DNA of 64,000 nucleotides, taken from assembly GCA_002104905.1 (NCBI GenBank), contig MCFE01000484.1:1-64000 (forward strand). The letters run 5' to 3'. The position numbers were made by a program, and so were the translations under genes. Below, in pieces: positions 35,790 to 50,757 of this stretch. The first letter of the stretch is position 1, and every line of letters begins with the position of its first letter. Under the pieces are notes generated by a model. The model did no database searches and was not told the origin of the DNA. It saw only the letters and a program-made list of their open reading frames with translations. This stretch comes from Basidiobolus meristosporus CBS 931.73 (Eukaryota > Fungi > Basidiobolomycota).

Positions 35790-37020
35790 TTGGCAATTGC
35801 CTTTGGACAAGCTCATCACAGTTATTTTTCATAGGGCATGCTGGCTACTGATTATCATCAACCTGAATCTGCTGCCAATCTTGCAGTGTCAGAGCAGAAA
35901 TCTGATTGTAGTATCACTAATACATGGGCCTAAATCAGCATTCATTATGGATAGCTTCCTGTATGCATTGTGGGATGAATCTTGTGTGCTATTCAGCAGG
36001 GTACTAGTAAATAACTGCCATGTCAGATCACATAAAATTATCTGCATTGAAGATACCCTAGCCATCAGCAAGATAGCTGTTTTTTCTGGGCACAGCAAAG
36101 TGTAATGCTGTCAAATGCGCACAATCTAAGGGACTTACTCCATACCCCACTCATATTATTATTATCCAAATACCAATACAAAGTATATCATCTTCCCACA
36201 GAGAGAACATTCAGAAGTCAGCATGCAATTGCACCAAATCTGGCAAGATACAAGCACTAGCCAGAGTATGGATTTAATTAAGAATGGGAGATACTAAAGA
36301 CAGAGAGAACTGTGGGAGCAAATGCTTTCTGCTAAGAGAAATATATTTGATCTTCAATAATATCCCTATACTAGTGACCAAGGTTTGCATGAGGCACTTC
36401 AGGTTGAATGTGCTCTTTGAGATACCAGAGAAATTGAACAAACTGAAAAGATATTACAGAGTATTTACTACCCAAACTACTTCTCACAAGCTCCAATCTA
36501 TATTCTTACACATATGATACAATACAAACACAAGGACTGGAGTAATTGGATACATATTATTTCAAATGTCCTTCTGAAACAATCTCTACACAGAGTATAT
36601 TGAAAGCATTTGAAGTCACATGGCAACATTGTAGGAATACTTATTCAGAAGCAAATCACCAATGCCAATTTGGTATATTTATAGCTTTTACGCAAGGGAC
36701 TTGTGATGGGACCTGAGCAGCTATACTAAAAGCATAAAGCTGAATACAAATATCTCTGCCACTACTGTGTCCATTCTCTACTCAATCTTGCTTGGTGTGT
36801 GGAGAATATTGGACCTTGCTCCACCTTACAGGAGTTTTCATTGGCACAGAAGTGTAGGGGGACAGCAAGATAAGTCAAGTGATAAGTACTATTATATCTC
36901 AGTCTCATCAAAAATATAACCTTCAACTTTGTCTTGGATGTTGCAAGTTGACCTATGGAGGACAGCCAGAATGAGTTGGAAAATACTGAGTACAGATGTC
37001 CACAAGGAGACACATTTGCC
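35790..37020 (+). mobile_element. Decayed Tnp2/CMC-EnSpm-like transposase fragment
   Basis: CWLLIIINLNLLP...GPK...MDSFLYALWDE...CIEDTLAISKIAVFSGHS; collinear with 46080-47250. Confidence 0.7.
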
Positions 37021-40000
37021 CTATGAAATATTATTGAAATAATCCCATCAAAAGGCCATCACAAGGTTAAAGTCCTGTGATTAAGAGGTACTGATCCTGT
37101 CAGGACACTGTCCAGAGACTGTTGAAAAATAATTGCACCCATATTTCACAAAAAACTTGGTAAAAATTTTTCATCACAACAATACAAAAGCGGCTTGTGA
37201 TTGGTTCCCTGCCAATTTGCTCACTTTCTGATCCTGGACACACTATTGCCTCCTACATTTGTGTGCATTGATTGGCTATTGCCTCTTTTTCACACTCCTT
37301 ACTTCCTGATGCAACTGTTTCTCTTACTTTGCATGCATACAAATTGATTTATTTCTGTTAAAACTTCAGTTGTACCTCAATTGCTAATTGTATTGACCTA
37401 TACAAGTCCACATACCCTACACTAACATTAAGCCCAACCCCACACTTCACAAGTAACTCCATTATAACTTGCCACTCAACAAGTATTTCTGCTGTAACAC
37501 TCTGGTTCCACAACTTTGGCTGGAACCCAACAGCTTTATGCCACAGTTCATTCACTGGTTCCCACACATCCTGGTCTTCAGCTTGCACTGCAAGGTCCAG
37601 CATCTCATCTGCCAGTCTTTGCAATAAATCCTTTCAATATTCCAGTGCGTTTTCTTGAGCACTGCTCTTGAAGAAGTGCTGCAACCTCTTGGTGTGCCTA
37701 TTAATGTTCCAAAACTCCACTGGAGCCATTGTGATAGTCTTTTGAGCTAGGAATACTTGGGTTCTGTCTCTAATCAAATGTGATGGGGAATAAGGACAAA
37801 AGTTTGTCAAGGGAAAACTTTTGAGCTACAATCTCCAAATTAGTTGGCATTGTGACAAAAGTATGTGCTGGGTTCAGCATCCTTTGAGATGACAATGTAC
37901 TAAAGCTTCCAAAGTCAAAACAACTGGAAACTCCTCAAGCAGGGACTTGATAAGAATACAGCTGTGGTCAATAGTTGCAAAGACAGAAAAGTATCTTTGC
38001 CTGTGCAAGAACAAACTTGGCAAAGAATCAAATATAATAAAAGATACCTACTCTGAGTATTCCTCACAAGTAGCACCTCTAAGGTCAGTTGGCTGTCAGC
38101 GCAGTTTCCTGGGAGTGTCCTGTGGTCTGGGGTTGGAAGTTCAGGTGGCAGCAGGTAGCAGTGATTACACTAATCAACAGGTTGGTATATTGATAAAAGG
38201 GATGATGATTATTGTTGAGGGATTGCCTCCATTATATACTTTTCTTACTGACTAAGTCATTACTAATCATGGTGTTCCAGAAGGTTCCAGATATCAATAG
38301 AGATCTTAATGACATCAGAATGACCTAAGAATGCTCTAAGTATGTGCTGGAAGGTTCCAAGAGGCACAGCACACCCAAACAATCAGGAATTGGTATTATG
38401 AAACCTGTGTAACATAGGGATACCATATATGGTATGGAGATGGTAGGAATGGTGACACAGATTGGTCATCTGTCACAGGTGCTGGCGTGGGTACTTGCCT
38501 AATATAGAAGTACTTGTAGCTAGTAATCTTACATAAAGCAAGGGATAACTTATGCAATAAGGTACGCAGCTGTGATAGTTGGCCAGTTTATGGGATAGTA
38601 CTGATCAAGTAAGACAAATGGTATAACACTAAAATAAGAGTAGTAGAGAAATAGGGAAGTAGAAAATATAGGAATGAGCACATCTGTCAGTGGGTGTCAC
38701 TGTGACCCCACTACAGTGGCAGTTAATTGGCAAAAACTGCAGTGTTTTTTGCATGCCTCCCTGTCTCAGGCTTGGGTAGTCATTTTCCCTTTACCTTTTC
38801 CTTTATTACTGCCAGATCTTTCACTGCTACTTTGTCTGAGTGCTTCTTGTAAAGAACTACATTTTCTCCTTGATAAATTCTGCTCTGACCCATCTGTTTT
38901 GGCCTGCTTGTCCCTTGCTGGCACTCTTCTGGCAACCTGAAGTTTCTTTTCCGCTTATTTTGAGCTCTCAACTGTAGTTGTCACAGGTTCCTGTAAAAGC
39001 TGCTGGTTTATATCACTGCCAGGTCCTTCACTGTTACTTTGACTGGGTGCTTCTTGAGTGGTACTATGCTCTTTCCTTGATAAATGTGGTGCTGGTAAAT
39101 CCATGTCTGCCTGCTTGTCCCTAATTGACACTCTTCCAGCTACCTGATGTCTCTTTGATGCTTGTCTGGAGCTTTTGGCCCTTCTTGTAACAGGCTCTTG
39201 AGGAAGCTGCTAATTTTTAGCCATGGCACCCTTGTTCTTCTGCCTTTGATAGTTTCTGCTCTTCTTAAGATACTTTTTTAGCATACCAATGCTGGCCCAA
39301 AATCCACTTGCCCATTTGAATCCAGGATAATGCTCATGGAGACAGTCAAGTGCATTCTGCATGGCCTTGAGTTCCTGATGGTCCCATGGTATGCCAGCCT
39401 TGAGGTGATGGCATGCTAGACTTCTGACAACCTCTTGAATATTGGCCCACTTTTCATTATTGGACTCAATGGCTTCATGGATCTTTAAGGTCTTTTGACT
39501 TTTAGGCTGTGGCATAAACACCACATTGTTGCCCTCCCACACTCTGATAGCTTTTTCTGTGGGCTTTATCTTTGGGCACTGTTATTGTGCTTCAGAGATT
39601 ATATGGTGTTCCTCTGTTGTTACATTGGGAAATGACTCAATTCTTGGCTGCAACATTGAGCTACTTGAGTTCCTTCTGTGCAGCAAAGGTACTGCTTTCT
39701 CTACCTGAGATATTGATTGCTCTACATGTATTATCCACCTATCCTGTTTCTGCACTATTTCCTGCTTTCTCTGGGCCATTGCATCTATTCTATCAGCCAC
39801 TGCACCTAATTGCTTCATTAATGCTTTGGTATGAGCTGACAACATACTTGCTAATATGGGTGGTGGTGATGTTATGACAGCTGCTTGCTGCTCTTCAACT
39901 GAGGGTACTGCATTTGCTACATTCTCATTTGCCTGAGCATAACAGTCAGCTTGTGGCTCTACAGAGGTTCTCAAATGCCTACTTGACTGAGAGCCTGTGG

Positions 40001-43000
40001 AGTCTGCATTGTTACCTTTAATGGGCACACTTTCCACAGAATCTTTTTTGGATGTTTTGCCTGGCTTGTTGCACTGAATGTCAAAGCAAGCTGTTGTCCA
40101 ACTGTTCTTCTGTTGCCATCAATGTTGGGGTTGTTGAAATATTGGACTATTTGGTATTGTTCTGCTGCTAAAAATTTACTTAACAATTCTGGACTAGTCT
40201 TGGTCACTGTGGGACTAATTTACAGCTCTCGCTTTGCCTCTTTCTTCAGATCTATGATCTTACAATTATTCCCCTATAGTCAGGATCAAATTAGTACTAA
40301 TACTAACAATTATGTACTAACCATGAAACTGTTACAGAATGCTCCTGAATATTGAGAAACACTCCTTACTTAGTGTTACAACTGTATTACTTCTACAAAG
40401 GTATAAATACTGAGCTTCTTTATTAATAAGCAACAGTTCAACTATTATCACCATTTCTTGATAAGTTCCTTATATCCAAATCACTTCTTAAATTGCAACA
40501 GGTTATGAGCCCCAATTGCCTTAATCTATCCTAAAGATGACTTATACCAGCAAACAGAACAACACAAACATCTTCCCTGTAAAGGAGAGGTTTAATGAAA
40601 AGAACTACAGACTTTGGAGAATCAAGATGCAGATCCACCTTGAGGAAAGGAAGCTTTGGAATGTAGTAACAGGAAAAGAAGTTGAGCCCAAAGGAACAGC
40701 AGAAGAAGTGGGGAAGTTTCAAGAGAAGGAGAGAAAGGCCTTTAATGCCATATGTATCAATGTGCAAGATTCCTTCATTGGACAAATCCATGCCTCAAAT
40801 ACTGCCAAAGCAGCATGGGAATCCTTAGAGAAGATCTTTAGGGCAAAGTCAGTATCAAGCAAGCTTTATTTGAAACAAAAGTTCTTCAACATGAGGAAGA
40901 AGCCAGATGATGACATGCTACAACTTATTACCAAAATGAAGACACTTGCAGAATAACTTTACAGTATTAATACTGGTGTAGATGATGAAGAAAAGATACT
41001 CTGTCTGCTTTGCAGCCTACCAGACAAGTATGAGCCACTCATACTTTCTTTTGAAAGCAGAGAAGACAACTTGACTTTAGACTATGTCAAAGGAAGACTT
41101 CTCCATGAAGAACTCAGACGTAATTATCAAGCAGAGAAAATGAAGATAATGCTTTATTCAGTCCAGAAAGGCACTCAGAAAAGAAGGAAAAACAACAAAA
41201 CCAAAGAAAACCTGGTTGCAGCATCTATTGTAAAAAGCCAGGACACTGGGCAAGAGAATGCAAGAAGTAACAAGCAGACAAAAAACAGAAACTAGAGCAG
41301 GCCAGCCATATAACTACTGATGAACAGTTATTTGTAACCGTACAAGAGAGTGCAAGTAACCAAAGTAATGAATGGTATATTGACTCTGGAGTTTCACAGC
41401 ATATTTATGGTATAAAGGAGTGGTTCAGCAACTCAAAAACTATTCCAGTAAGAAAGGTTTATCTGTGAGATAACTCTGCTCTGGAAGCTACAGCAAGTGG
41501 GTCTATACAACTATATATGAGCAATAGCTCAGGGGCAACTACAGCAAGACTCACTGACATACTTTATGTACCTGGAATAGCTAAGAACTTACTCTCAGTC
41601 AGTAAAGCAACTGCTCAGGGACTGGAATTTGTTTTTACTAAGATGAGCTGCTCAATATTGAGTGAGAATGGACAAAAATTAGCTTTGGGAATCAGAGATC
41701 ACAATACACACAAGTTACAATGCAAGATCATTGTACCTGAGTATGTCAACATTGCTGAAACTGATGAAACTAACTGGGAGATGTGGCATAGGAGGCTAGG
41801 ACACATTGGGGAACAGAAAATGAGCCAATTGGTGAAAAATCAGCTTGTTTTGGGCCTAGAATACTCAATTCCAATCAAATCAAATGTTTGTAAGGGATGT
41901 TCATATGGCAAACAAGCTAGGCAACATTTCAAGAGCTCAGAAGGCATCAATACCACCAAGATATTGTCTATTGTACACTCAGACATATGTGGCCCCATGA
42001 GAACACTGTCCTCTGGAGCCAGGAGATACTCTATGACGTCTATTGATGCCAAAACAAGATATACATGGGTGTACTGCCTCAAAACAAAGGATGAAGCTTT
42101 AGAGACGTTTAAGCACTTCAAGAACATGGCAGAAATACAAACTGGGTGTAAATTGAAGGTACTACAAAGTGACAATGGAGGAGAATACAGCTCAAAGGAG
42201 TTTGCAAAATACTGCTTGTCTACTGGTATACTTCAACAGACCACTGTTCCTCATACTCCACAGCAAAATGGAGTAGCAGAACGTGCAAATAGAGCAATAG
42301 TAGAGATGGGAAGATCTATGCTACATGATAAGGGAATGGACTACAAGTTTTGGGCTGAATCTGTTGCTACCACTGTATACATCAAGAACAGATGCCCAAC
42401 AACAGCACTACGTGATTCTACACCCTTTGAAGCATATACAAGCAAAAAACCAGATCTCCAGCACCTCAAGATCTTGGGCAGTGATGTTTTTGATCACATC
42501 CGCAACAAAAAAAAAAAAAAAAACGCCAAAAGTTGGAAGCAAAGAGTAGGAAAGGGATCTTTCTTGGGTATTGTGAAGATACTAAAGGGTATAGAGTATA
42601 TGATGGCAAAATTCACAAGCTGATCAAGAGCAGGGACATTGTATTTGAGGAGAATTCAGATCAGAAAGCCACAGATATTATTGGCCAGCTGCCGGATGAT
42701 GCAATCAACACTAATGAAGAAGATACATACCAAATCCAGACAGATACAGAAGATACTTCTACCAGTTCCAGATCAGAATAGATTATCCCAGTTAGGAGAT
42801 CTACCAGAATAAGAAATCCTCCTGGATCCTGGTGGCAGACATCTAATGATCATGAAGAAGCTTATCTTGCCTTACGTGCCAAACCTCAGAATCTGGAACA
42901 GGCAATGCAAAGTCCAGATGCTACTAGGTGGCAACAAGCAATGCAGGAGGAGTACCAATCACTGATCAAGGCAAAAATGTGGGAACTGGTAGATTTACTA

Positions 43001-46000
43001 AATGGGACAAAGCCAATAGGATGTAGATGGGTCTACAAGATCAAGATAGCCTCAAATAGTGCTGTTGATAGGTACAAGGCTAGATTGGTGGCTAAAGGCT
43101 ATTTCCAGATCCAGCAACTAGACTTTAAGGAAACATTTACTCCGGTTGCCAAGTTTAACTCCATTAGAGCAGTTCTAGCCCTGGCAGCTGTACACAGTCT
43201 AGATCTACACCAAATGGACATCAAAACAGCCTTTCTAAATGGGGATTTGCAAGAAAACACATATATGGAGCAACCAGAGGCTTTACCAATCAAAAAGTAC
43301 CCCATAAGGTGTGCAAACTTAGAAAATCATTGTAAGGGCTTAAGCAGGCACCTAGAGCATGGTATAACAAGATTGACACATATTTAGAGGAAATTGGGTT
43401 CTCTTGTAGCACTGCATATCACAGTATATATGTGAAACAGCTCAAAAAGGGTGTGATCATCCTAGTTCTTTATGTGGACAACCTAATTATAGCTTCAAGT
43501 GACCAAGAGGTACTTATACAGACAAAATCAGATCTCTTCAGCAAGTTTGAGATGAAAGATCTTGGAAAATTGAGCTATTGTCTTGGAATTGAGGTCAAAT
43601 TTGACATACCTACTCAGAAAATTATGCTGCATCAGTCTAAGTACATCAGGGACACTCTTAGATGCTTCAAAATGGAAAATTGCAAACCTGCAGCTATTGC
43701 TATGGACAATAACCTGAAATTAAGCAAATCTCAGCCAGTTATAGATGAAAACGGCTCAAATATGGACCAAAACTTTCCCTATCAATCAGTGGTGGGTAGC
43801 CTAATGTACTTGATGGTGTCTACACGTCCTGATATTACAGTGGCAGCTGGAATAGTCAGTCAATTCATGCAGAATTATGGATCAGATCAAATTGCAGCAG
43901 TTAAGCGGATTTTCAGATATCTACAAGGTACCATAAATATGGTACTGGAATACTCTGGAGCAGCTAATAGGCAAAAATCTGATGGTTATAGTGATGCAGA
44001 TTGGGGTAGGGATCTGATAGAGAGATGCTCTACCACAGCCTAGGTATTTCTTTATGCTGGTGCTGCTATTACTAGCAATTGCAAGAAACAACCAACTGTG
44101 GCCCTATCTACAACTGAAGCCAAATATATGGCTGCATGTCAAGCATCTGAGGAGGCTGTATGGCTACAGAAATTATTCAAAGACTTGGGCTTTAATTCAG
44201 ATGAACCAACATGTATTTATAAGCATAATCAAAGTTGTATTTCATTAGCTAGAAATCCTACTAATCATGCCAGAACTAAGCACATTGATATACAGCATCA
44301 CTTTGGGAGGGAAGCTGTAGAAAATAACTTAGTAGAGTTAGTGTACTGCCCAACTAGCAAAATGGTGGCAGATATATTGACAAAACCACTAGCTAGGCCA
44401 CAATTTGAGAATCTCAGAGAGGAATTAGGATCAAGATATTATTTAGTTGAGGGGGAGTGTTGAAGTACTGGACTACTTGGTATCATTCTGCAGCTAAAAA
44501 CTTACTTAACAATTCTGGACTAGTCTTGGTCACTGTGGGACTTATTTACAGCTCTAACTTTGCCACTTTCTTCAGATGTATGATCTTATGATTATTCCCC
44601 CATAGTCAGGATCAAATTAGCACTAATACTAACTATTATGTACTAACCCTGAAACTGTTACAGAATGCTCCTGAATATTGAGAAACCCTCCTTACTTAGT
44701 GTTACAGCCGTATTACTTCTACAAAGGTATTAATACTGAGCTTCTTTATTAATGAACAATAGTTCAACTATTATCACTATTTCTTGATAAGGCCCTTATA
44801 TCCTAATCACTTCTTAAATTGCAACAGGGGTTTGGTTGGGAATCCGACAGCTTTGCTTTATTTTTGGGTGGCACATATATGGAAGTGAGCCAAACCAAAG
44901 GGGAAATAGTGTTACATATACATGTGTATGTGGTGCCAAAACTTTATTTATAATGCTTACTATGGCAGGTCATCATTGAATCTTACATACAAGTAGGTGC
45001 AATGTCTCAAATACAAGACTGTCTTAAGTTCACCTGAGTATTGAACAAAAAGTGATAAAATAGCATTATGTTGTTGAAGGTCAAACTGTTTGCCTCATGG
45101 ACAAGACCACTTTGACTCACTGCCATAAGAGAAGAGAAAAAAGACCATGTGGCTATTGTGGCAAGCCTCTCAGCCAAGAAGCATGCAGACAGCATAGGAG
45201 TTATTACAAGGATCACAGCCAGTGTTTTCCCACCCATGTCATATATGACCACTCATCAGTCACTACTGTACCAACATTATCTTGCCAGCCAGTTGATACT
45301 TCTATATTGGCACCTGGCCATCTTTGTCACCTTGCACAAACTGAGTTAGGTGAGTTTGTGACACCTTTAGGCTCACCTCAGCCTTCTGAATATGACATGT
45401 AGAGTGACAGCTCTGATAAATATGGTTCACTGATGGTTTTAGGGCCTATCTCCCCTTACAACAGAATGACGTATGAGCCCAGTCAAATCCCTATTTGCAA
45501 TGAGACAACACCTGTTGAAACAAATGCCAAGAATACTTTATGGAGCCAAGTGAGCCCAGCAATCCATCTACTGGTGAATGATGTAATGTTGTGGCTAGAG
45601 AAGTGGCGTGTTTCCACTAATATCAGTAATGGGGACTTTGAGGATTTATTATTACTTCCTGCTAAAATTGTACCAGGATGTAGCTTACCATGTACATGGT
45701 ACAAGTGGACAACTATCACGTGGCTGGCAACATATGATCCAGAGACTGTCTTGATTCCAGCATGTGTCAACAGTTGCATGGCATTCACATCCAAAAATGC
45801 TACCATTGCAACATGTCCAAATTGTCAGGAATCCACCACATTTGAGGGAAAACATTGTTCCAACTCCAGAAATATTCTGGTCATACCCTGTCTGAGGAAG
45901 CTGATACAGTCCAACAAATATTGCAAAGCTATACAGTACCACATTCAGCATCAATCAAGTGCAAACATATCCCATATATTTGATGGCAAACATTACAAAT

Positions 46001-47900
46001 AGCTAAGAAGCAAGGGCTACTTTGAAGGTATGTATGACCATGCCTTTGCTTTGGCACATGTCAGATTCTCATTAAACAAGTACTCTTCCAGCAAATCCTG
46101 CTGGCCACTGATTCTCATCAATCTGAAGCTGCCACCCATCTTACAGTAACAGAGCAATAATCTGATGGTAGTCTAACTGGTATCTGGGCCTAAATTACCA
46201 CCCAACCTGGACAGCTACCTGTATCCATTGCTGGATGAATTTTGTATGCTTTCAAGCAGGATAACAGTAAATGGCCATCAGGTAAAAGCGCATATGAATA
46301 CCTGCATTGGAGATACCCCAGCCATCAGCAAAATAGCAGGTTGCTCTGGGCACAATGGACAGTATTGCTGTTGAATGTGTGAGATCCAGGGGATTTACTC
46401 CATAACTGACACTCATTATTATTACCCAAACACCAGCACTAAGAACATCATCTTTCCTCAGAGAGAACTTACGGAGGTCAGCAAGCAATTGCAGCAAAGC
46501 TGGCAAGCTATAAGTCATTGGCCAGAATATGGAATCAATTGGAAACCAGAGATACTTAAGATATAGGGTATCTGTTGGGGCAAAAGCTTTCCACTGGGAG
46601 CAAAGCATTTGCCTTTAGCATTATCCCTATACTGATGATCAAGTTGTACATGGGGCATTTCAAGCTAAATGAGCCCTTTGAGATACCAGAGAAAATTGAA
46701 AGAATTGGCAAGATATTACAAGGTATCCACTACTGTAAGTACTTCTCACTGGCTCTAATTAATATTCATATGCATATGCATCAATACAAATGCAAGGACT
46801 GGATAAGCTGGATATGTATTTATTCAAGTGATGTTCTCAAGTTATTCCTACAAAGAGTACATTGGAAGCATTGGGTGTCTTTTGTGGACAATGTAGGAAT
46901 ATTTATCCAAAAGTGGATCACCAATGCCAACTTGGTGCATCTACAGCTGTTGTGTGAGGAGTTTGTGATGGTATTTGAGTGGCTATACTGCAAATATAAA
47001 GCTGAATGTGTAGATCTCTGCTGCTACTGTATCCATTCTCTACTCCATCTTGCCTTGTTTCACCTTTTGCAAGTTTCCTATGGAGCAAATGCGTGGGGAG
47101 ATAGGAAGACAAGTCAAGTTGCAGGTAATACCATATTCCAATCCCATCAAGAGTACTACCTTCAAGTCCATCATGGATGTGATGAGTTGGCACTTGGAGG
47201 ACAGCCAGGAGGAGTTGGAAAATACTGAGGACAAATGTGCACATGGAGACACCTATGCCTATGGCATTAAGAAGCTAAGCAGCCCCAATGTGTGGGTAAA
47301 CAGTTAAGTAATGTAAAGTTGGGTTGGGTGCAACAAGCAACTAATTTTTATCAGGAGAACTCTACCAAGGTATGCTGGATTTTGCTCAGTCACAAGCCAA
47401 CTTCTACACTTTTAAATATGAAATTCACAGAGACAAAAGCCAGAGTGCACCTATCAGGGGGACTAGAATCCAGCAGGGAGAAGGAATATATTGGCTAAAT
47501 ACCAAGAAGTTCTTTGCAGATATTCAGGAGGTATTCAAGGTAGAGGTGGCAGCAACTAAGCATATGTTTGCAAGATGTATATGTTACCAGCAGTACAAGG
47601 TATATGGCAACTTTTCAAGTATCACACTAAAAAGCTGTAAAGTTGAGGTGATAGAAGTATGTCATTTGTGGCAGGTGTGCATGTTTGTGAAGGTTAGTAA
47701 GCAGGGGGTCATATTTTTTTTGATTCAAGCTATATGTGGAATACCCAAGGTAGCAGTGGGTAAGCAAATAAAGAGGGGATATTCTGTAGTGGAATATATG
47801 CATTACACCACAGTAGGTAGAAAAAGGAAATACATTTTGTGAATTGGTATGGTGGCATTATTAAAAACCAATTGTAGGCCATCATACTGCCAATATAATG
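37020..47900. mobile_element. Decayed CMC/EnSpm (Tnp2-family) DNA transposon with divergent ORFs, interrupted by Copia A and a ~0.9-kb insert (37750-38680)
   Basis: Transposase (+) ~45090-47870: CGYCG, CPNC, IFDG, SCWPLILINL.LPP, GPK.P.NLDSYLYPLLDEF, CIGDTPAISKIAGCSGHNG. Accessory ORF (-) ~40120-37340. TIRs and exact ends not resolved. Confidence 0.7.
40132..44826 (+). mobile_element. Ty1/Copia element A, full-length but pseudogenised
   Basis: TG..CA LTRs 40132-40500 and 44458-44826; PBS GGTTATGAGCCC; PPT GAGGGGGAG; TSD GGGGT on both sides; gag-PR-INT-RT-RH remnants with stops and frameshifts. Confidence 0.95.
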
Positions 47901-50388
47901 CAATCAGAGTCTTGCTGTGAGGCCATCAAAATACTGTCAAGTTTCTTGCCATATAAGACAATTGGATGTCCTGGCTGGATGGATCCATTTTAAATAGTTG
48001 TAGAGCGCTAAAAGACTGCAACAATACCATGCAATATTGTAACAGCACCAATTAAATTTTTTCTAGTTTTATCTCATTATTCCATTGTAAAATTAGCAAA
48101 TTACCATTATGATCCTGTTGTAAGATCATTAGGAGGGTCACTAATTCCAAGCTGCTGGTATTGTGATGGTCTATTAACAGGATCCTGACAGCTGATTGAG
48201 ATTAGATCCACCCAGGACCAAACTATTTCTCAGAGGGATGCCCTTGTATTAAGAAGTTAAGCAGCCCCAATGAGGTGCAAGATAGTGCCATGATTTTCTG
48301 TGACATTTTACAAGCCACAGGGCACATTTTAAGAATACCTGGAATGTTCTGGTGTTACAAGTCTTGGAATAAGAGTTGTAGAGGAATAGGGAGTTTAGCT
48401 AGTATTGTATACACTAAAACTTGAACTGATCTTTATTGAGGTTCCAGCAGCTTCTTATATACATTTTGCCAGATCAATTGCTGACTAATTATATTTCCTA
48501 ATGTAGGTTGTGCCTGATGACTCATTTGATTGCATCATCATCACCCAATAATATCCCACTTAATATATCTATTTCTGTCTGATAAGGATCTGCTGATTCA
48601 TTTGCTGACTAATGTTACCAATATGATAGATAATACTAATATACTGATATCGTAAACATATAACTAATTGATTTGACTAAAAACTGATCTAACTTTAACA
48701 CTCAAGCAGCAGACCATAACATTCTCCCCCACTAAAGCTGAGAGGGTTCTCCTGAATCTCTTTTCTTGTAATACCAATATCTTGATGGTTCAGTATTGTC
48801 AGCAAGTCTTGCAAGCTTGAGTCTGTCTCTATGAACTAAATCTTCCCAGATATTCCCTTGTTTATCCACTAGTTGGTACGCTGCAAATGGACATTTTCTG
48901 ATGATCTTGATTGGTCCTGTCCATTGTGGCTCAAACTTCTTCCAAGTGTTGTTTCTTAACAATACAAAGTTCCCAACTGTCAATGCTTCTGGTGCTATAG
49001 TCTTATCAAATCTCTGCTTCATCTTTTCTGCACTTTGAGATACTTTGGCCTGTGCCTCTTGTCATCTTCCTTCCAATTGCTGGTGTCTACTGGGCTGATT
49101 AAGTTCATCTTCTAAGGCATCTGTGAGCTTGGGTTGTGTGAGATCTCCTGGAACCCTTGGTTCACATCCATACACTAAGTAAAATGGTGATTGTTGGGTA
49201 GTGTTGTGCACTCTAACTCTGCAGGCAAAAAGTGCTTGATCTTTATACGCATCCCATCTACTGACAGCTCCATTTGCATACTTGGTCAGCATTTTTCCAA
49301 ATAATCCATTAAAGCATTCAGTGATTCCATTAGTTCTGGGGTGATATGCCAAGGTTTTCAAGTGTTTAATCTGCTGCATTTCCAGGTAAGCCTCTAATGT
49401 CTTTGCCATGAAGTTTGCTCCTCTATCAGATAAGATCTCCACAGGGCATCCAAACTTCATCAGGATCTCATGGTAAATGAAACTTGCAACTTCTTGTTCA
49501 CCGGCTATTGGTACAGCTTTAGCAACTGGCCATTTAGTGGCATGATCAATTGCTACTATGATCCAACAATTGCATTTCCTGGTGGTTGGCAGTCTTCTAA
49601 TAGAGTCAATTCCCCATCTCTCAAATGGACTTACAGGCTCCAAAGGGAAGAGCTTGGCAATTCTTTGTGGCTGGCCTTGATTGATTTGGCAGTTTTGGCA
49701 TGTTTTCACTAGCTTCTCAATATCTTGTTTCATTCTGGGCCACCATGCTCTGGCTTTCACAAGGCTATAGGTTCCTTTAATTCCAAGATGTCCATATCCA
49801 TTGTGTAGCTTATGTATTAAATCCAGGCAAGCAACATAAGGACAATAGGCAATAGGGCTTCCATCAACAATTTGGTAGAGTGTTTCATCCTGTACAACAA
49901 ATTTGCTGGCTTCATCCCGGATTATCTTCTTTATCTCTTCATCCACCTTGTTAGGAATGGCTTGGTCCTCCAAGTATTGTGGTAATAAGCTAGGCCAATC
50001 TGATTCATGCACCAAGTTGAGTTGTGCCACTTATTCTAGTCTTGATAAGGCATCAGCAACCGTGTTGTTTTTCCCAGGGCAGTAGACAATCTCCAAGTCA
50101 AATTGCTGGATGTATTCACTCCATCTTGTCATTCTTCTAGAGAGTACCTTCTGAGTAAATTTATACTTGAGGGAGGCATGATCAGACTTTACAGTGCATT
50201 TGACTCCTTCAATATAGCATCTCCATGTCTTCAGGCAGTGTATTATAGCAAGCATCTCCTTCTCATGCAGAGTATAGTTTTGTTCTGCTAAGTTCAGTAT
50301 CTTGGACTCAAAGGCAAATGGATAGTCCTTTCCCTTGTGTTCTTGGCTTAGTACTCTACCAATTGCATAATCTGGAGCATCTGTGCAC

Positions 50389-50757
50389 TGTTGCAATTTA
50401 AGAAGTGATTTGGATATAAGGAACTTATCAAGAAATAGTGATAATAGTTGAACTGTTGTTTATTCATAAAGAAGCTCAGTATTTATACCTTTGTAGAAGT
50501 ATTACAGCTGCAACACTAAGTAGGGAGGGTTTCTCAATATTCAGGAGCATTCTGTAACAGTTTCAGGGTTAGTACATAATGTGTGGTAATAGTGCTAATT
50601 TGATCCTGACTATAGGGGAATAATCATAAGATCATATATCTGGAGAAGGTGGCGAAGTTAGGGCAGTAAATGAGTCCTACAGTGATTAAGACTAGCCTAG
50701 AATTGTTAAGTAAATTTTTAGCTGCTGAATGATACCAAATAGTCCAATATTTCAACA
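50389..50757 (-). mobile_element. Solo LTR of the Copia family within Gypsy 1 RNase H
   Basis: TG..CA, 369 bp, flanked by TSD TGCAC on both sides. Confidence 0.95.

Noticed and set aside
37750-38680. ~0.9-kb insert in the DNA transposon with a weak gag-like remnant
   Set aside because: No convincing LTR boundaries, PBS or TSD; left unclassified.
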